Below, one piece after another: positions 61,320 through 64,000 of a DNA stretch of 64,000 bases. This DNA comes from Nitrospirota bacterium (lineage in GTDB: Bacteria > Nitrospirota > Thermodesulfovibrionia > Thermodesulfovibrionales > Dissulfurispiraceae): assembly GCA_963710375.1 (NCBI GenBank), contig CAVPZX010000002.1, positions 320,001-384,000 on the forward strand, in the 5' to 3' direction. Both the position numbers and the translations under genes were made by a program. Position 1 is the first letter of the stretch; the number at the start of each line of letters is the position of its first letter. The notes beneath the pieces were generated by a model. It was not told the origin of the DNA. It did not search any database and saw only the letters and a list, made by a program, of their open reading frames with translations.

Positions 61320-63233
61320 TTATTTTAACATTAATCTTCTTATATCCCCAACTCTCAGGGTAATCTTCTTCGAGTCAAGATATTCGACAAAAGGCAGTGC
61401 ATATTTGCGGGTTGTCCCCAGCATGTCCCTGAATTCAGCGATGGACATTTCGCTTTTTTTCGCATAGAACTTTTTCAGCGAGCCGATCATCGCATCGTAT
61501 GTGACCTTAGTTATATAAAGAGAATCATTGATTCTTACCAGCAGGCCTTCTTTGGTAAGGAGCATGAGAAGGTCATTGAGTTCTTTTTCTTTGATTGACA
61601 ATTGCCGGACAAGCTCATTCTTCAAAGGGGGTTGGAATCTCTCTTTATCAAGTGCTGCCAGTATCCTCTGCTTTGTCCCTTCATCAGCATTTGAGAGCGC
61701 AACGCTAAAGCCGGTGAGACGTATTATATCCTTATCAACCGTCAGATCATTTATCATGGCAACAAGGCCGTCAAAAACCTTTTCATCTTCTTTAAGGCCA
61801 ACCCTTATCCTGGCCCTCAACTCCTCCTTGGGAACTCCCTGCTTCAAAGGATTTTCCTTATGAAAGCGGGCGACCTCGGCCAAAACCGTTTCACTGAATG
61901 CGTAGAAGCCGTCTTTGTGAAAAAGCAGGTCCTGACTTCTAACCAGTACCCCCTCTCTCAAAAGCTCCTTTATAGCAGATTCTATTTCCGGGATATCACC
62001 CTGCACCCAACCTATAATCTCTCCGGCAGAGACCCCCCTCAACCGGGACCTGCGGACTTTCATCCCTATCTTGTCCTTAAGTGACCCCTCCTTTAAAACC
62101 ATCAGGTCATCTATTCCAGCGCTCTTTTTCCTCCTGACAGGAAAGGGATCAAGGATTTCACCGCCTCCAATAGTCTCCAGCGGCGAGAACCACCGGATTA
62201 TGTAACGGTCGCCGGAAAGCACTACTACAGGATCTTCGAGGCGGAACTGGCAGTAGCAGGATTCACCAGGCCTTGCCTCCTCACTGTTGTAGACGATAAT
62301 CCGCGCTATGGTCTCCGACGTACCGGTATAAAAATGGACGCGGTCCCTGCTTTTTACGACCGGCGCATTCTTCAGTATCCCCAGTTCGGCATCGAGTGTC
62401 ATAGTGGGGAGGAGTTTGTCAGAATCAACAACTACATCACCCCTTTTGAGCGACTCCCGGTCGATGCCCTGAAGATTAATCCCTATCCTCTGTCCGGCAT
62501 ACGCCTTTTCAGTGCTTCTGCCGTGAGTTTGAAGCCCCCTGACCCTTGATGCAAGCTTGGCCGGCAGAATTTTTACGGGACTGTCCAATGTTATGGTGCC
62601 GGACAGCGCCGTTCCCGTCACCACTGTACCAAATCCCTTAAGCGTAAATACCCGGTCAACAGGCATTCTGAAAAGCCCCTGGGTACGTTTAGGCTGTACT
62701 TTGAGCGCAATGTCCCTGATTAGGTTTTTCAGAGTGTCGATATTCGACCCGGTTTTAACAGAGACAGGGAGTATTTCTGCGCTCTCAAGAAAAGTTCCTT
62801 TCACAAAACCTCGCACGTCGTCAGTCACGAGGTGCAGGCAGTCTTGGTCGACAAGGTCAGCTTTAGTAAGCGCAATAATGCCATCCTTGATTTTCAGCAG
62901 TTCGCATATCGCAAGATGCTCCCGGCTCTGGGGCATTATTCCTTCATCAGCAGCGATTGCCATCAGTACCACATCAACGCCTCCGGCGCCCGCCAGCATA
63001 TTTTTAATGAGCCTTTCATGGCCCGGCACATCGACTATTCCAACGGTAAGGTCATCAGGGTAAACAATACTGGCAAACCCCAGGTCTATAGTAATACCGC
63101 GCTCTTTCTCTTCTTTAAGCCTGTCGGGGTCAATTCCCGTAAGTGCCTTTACAAGAGAGCTCTTGCCATGATCAATGTGACCCGCCGTGCCAAGGACAAT
63201 ATTTTTGTGACTATGAACGGCAAACGAATCCAT
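61320..63233 (-). CDS. selB: Selenocysteine-specific elongation factor
   Basis: [18 protein letters not shown]-terminal winged helix TTRKYA.P..EYLD. Confidence 0.96.
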   Translation of the reverse strand: MDSFAVHSHKNIVLGTAGHIDHGKSSLVKALTGIDPDRLKEEKERGITIDLGFASIVYPDDLTVGIVDVPGHERLIKNMLAGAGGVDVVLMAIAADEGIMPQSREHLAICELLKIKDGIIALTKADLVDQDCLHLVTDDVRGFVKGTFLESAEILPVSVKTGSNIDTLKNLIRDIALKVQPKRTQGLFRMPVDRVFTLKGFGTVVTGTALSGTITLDSPVKILPAKLASRVRGLQTHGRSTEKAYAGQRIGINLQGIDRESLKRGDVVVDSDKLLPTMTLDAELGILKNAPVVKSRDRVHFYTGTSETIARIIVYNSEEARPGESCYCQFRLEDPVVVLSGDRYIIRWFSPLETIGGGEILDPFPVRRKKSAGIDDLMVLKEGSLKDKIGMKVRRSRLRGVSAGEIIGWVQGDIPEIESAIKELLREGVLVRSQDLLFHKDGFYAFSETVLAEVARFHKENPLKQGVPKEELRARIRVGLKEDEKVFDGLVAMINDLTVDKDIIRLTGFSVALSNADEGTKQRILAALDKERFQPPLKNELVRQLSIKEKELNDLLMLLTKEGLLVRINDSLYITKVTYDAMIGSLKKFYAKKSEMSIAEFRDMLGTTRKYALPFVEYLDSKKITLRVGDIRRLMLK

Positions 63234-63849
63234 TAAAGCCCTTAAGGAGTTTCAGACCGAGTTCCTGACTCTTTTCAGGATGGAACTGCGTGGCAAATAT
63301 GTTGTCTTTCCACACCATAGATACGAAATCAACTCCGTAATCCGTCCGTGATGCAATAATCCCCTCATCTTCCGGCACAACATAATACGAATGAACAAAG
63401 TAGAAGTATGCATTGTCCTGTATCCCGTCAAAAATTGGGGGCGTTTTTAACAGCCTGGCAGTATTCCATCCCATGTGGGGAATCTTCATTACGCCGGTTC
63501 CGGCATCCCCGAGTTTATCAAAGTTGAACTTGACAACCTTTCCCCCGAAAACATCCATACCCTTGCAGAAGCCGAACTCTTCTGATTCGGCAAATAGTAT
63601 CTGAAGACCGAGACATATGCCCAGATAGGGCTTGCCCTTTGCAATCTCTTTCTTAATGCAGTCGAGCAGGCGCAAGTCATCCAGATTGCGCATGCAATCC
63701 TTGAAGGCGCCCACTCCGGGCAGCACAATACCTTTGGCGTCGGCAATGATCTTCGGATCAGCGGTTATCCTGACATCAGCGCCAACCTTTATAAACGCCT
63801 TCTCAACACTCCTTATATTCCCCATGCCATAATCAACAATCGCAATCAT
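63211..63849 (-). CDS. hisH: Imidazole glycerol phosphate synthase, glutaminase subunit
   Basis: DYGMGN, LPGVG, GICLG, PHMGWN, QFHPEKS. Confidence 0.96.
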   Translation of the reverse strand: MIAIVDYGMGNIRSVEKAFIKVGADVRITADPKIIADAKGIVLPGVGAFKDCMRNLDDLRLLDCIKKEIAKGKPYLGICLGLQILFAESEEFGFCKGMDVFGGKVVKFNFDKLGDAGTGVMKIPHMGWNTARLLKTPPIFDGIQDNAYFYFVHSYYVVPEDEGIIASRTDYGVDFVSMVWKDNIFATQFHPEKSQELGLKLLKGFNGFVCRS

Positions 63850-63950
63850 TTGCAGACCCCTTACAGTCACAAAAAAAGGTTAATCTTACTGCTATTTTTA
63901 ATTATAATACAGTTCAGAGATTATTGTCTTACAATATGAAGGGAGGTATT

Positions 63951-64000
63951 ATGCAGGGTCTATACGCAATTAATAAAGAGCGGCTGATAAACACCTTTGT
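63951..64000 (+). CDS. Start of a CDS, possibly an M20 peptidase T-like protein (truncated)
   Basis: GGGAGG SD then MQGLYAINKERLINTF; only 16 codons visible. Confidence 0.45.
   Translation, partial: MQGLYAINKERLINTF

Noticed and set aside
63491..63510. ATGCCG-GAAC-CGGCGT hairpin in a variable loop of hisH as another in-frame insertion
   Set aside because: Short stem, no second copy in the window, and this loop varies naturally in HisH.

Overview
64 kb of mostly core chromosome from an anaerobic bacterium; gene content suggests Nitrospirota/Thermodesulfovibrionia or a related sulfate reducer (inference). It holds a Wood-Ljungdahl CODH/ACS cluster (cooC-acsE-acsD-acsC-acsB-cooS), trmFO-xerC-hslVU-rlpA-argB, nfo, ileS-lspA, a small HepT/MNT-GNAT islet, pdhABC with a split ADP-forming acyl-CoA synthetase and c-di-GMP genes, thyX, mepK-ldt, cfa, hisBC, rpsU-yqeY-dnaG-rpoD-tRNA(CAT), selenoprotein SelD (in-frame UGA, missed by the ORF track), rho, a frameshifted heme-c sensor kinase with a sigma54 regulator, ispDF, degP/Q, selB and hisH. 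The most unusual signals are non-coding. (1) Eight intergenic elements share one architecture (4-6 purine-rich tandem 6/7/8-mers, an AT-rich spacer, then 3-5 reverse-complement copies) but use four different repeat units and often supply gene termini. (2) A ~290 bp quasi-palindrome encodes two mirror-image sigma54 promoters with candidate enhancer sites, driving a binding protein-chemoreceptor pair on one side and an MshEN-cNMP-degenerate AAA-polyferredoxin protein on the other. (3) There are nested MITE/REP palindromes, with related hairpins sitting in frame inside trmFO and ispD. All alignments were done by eye.
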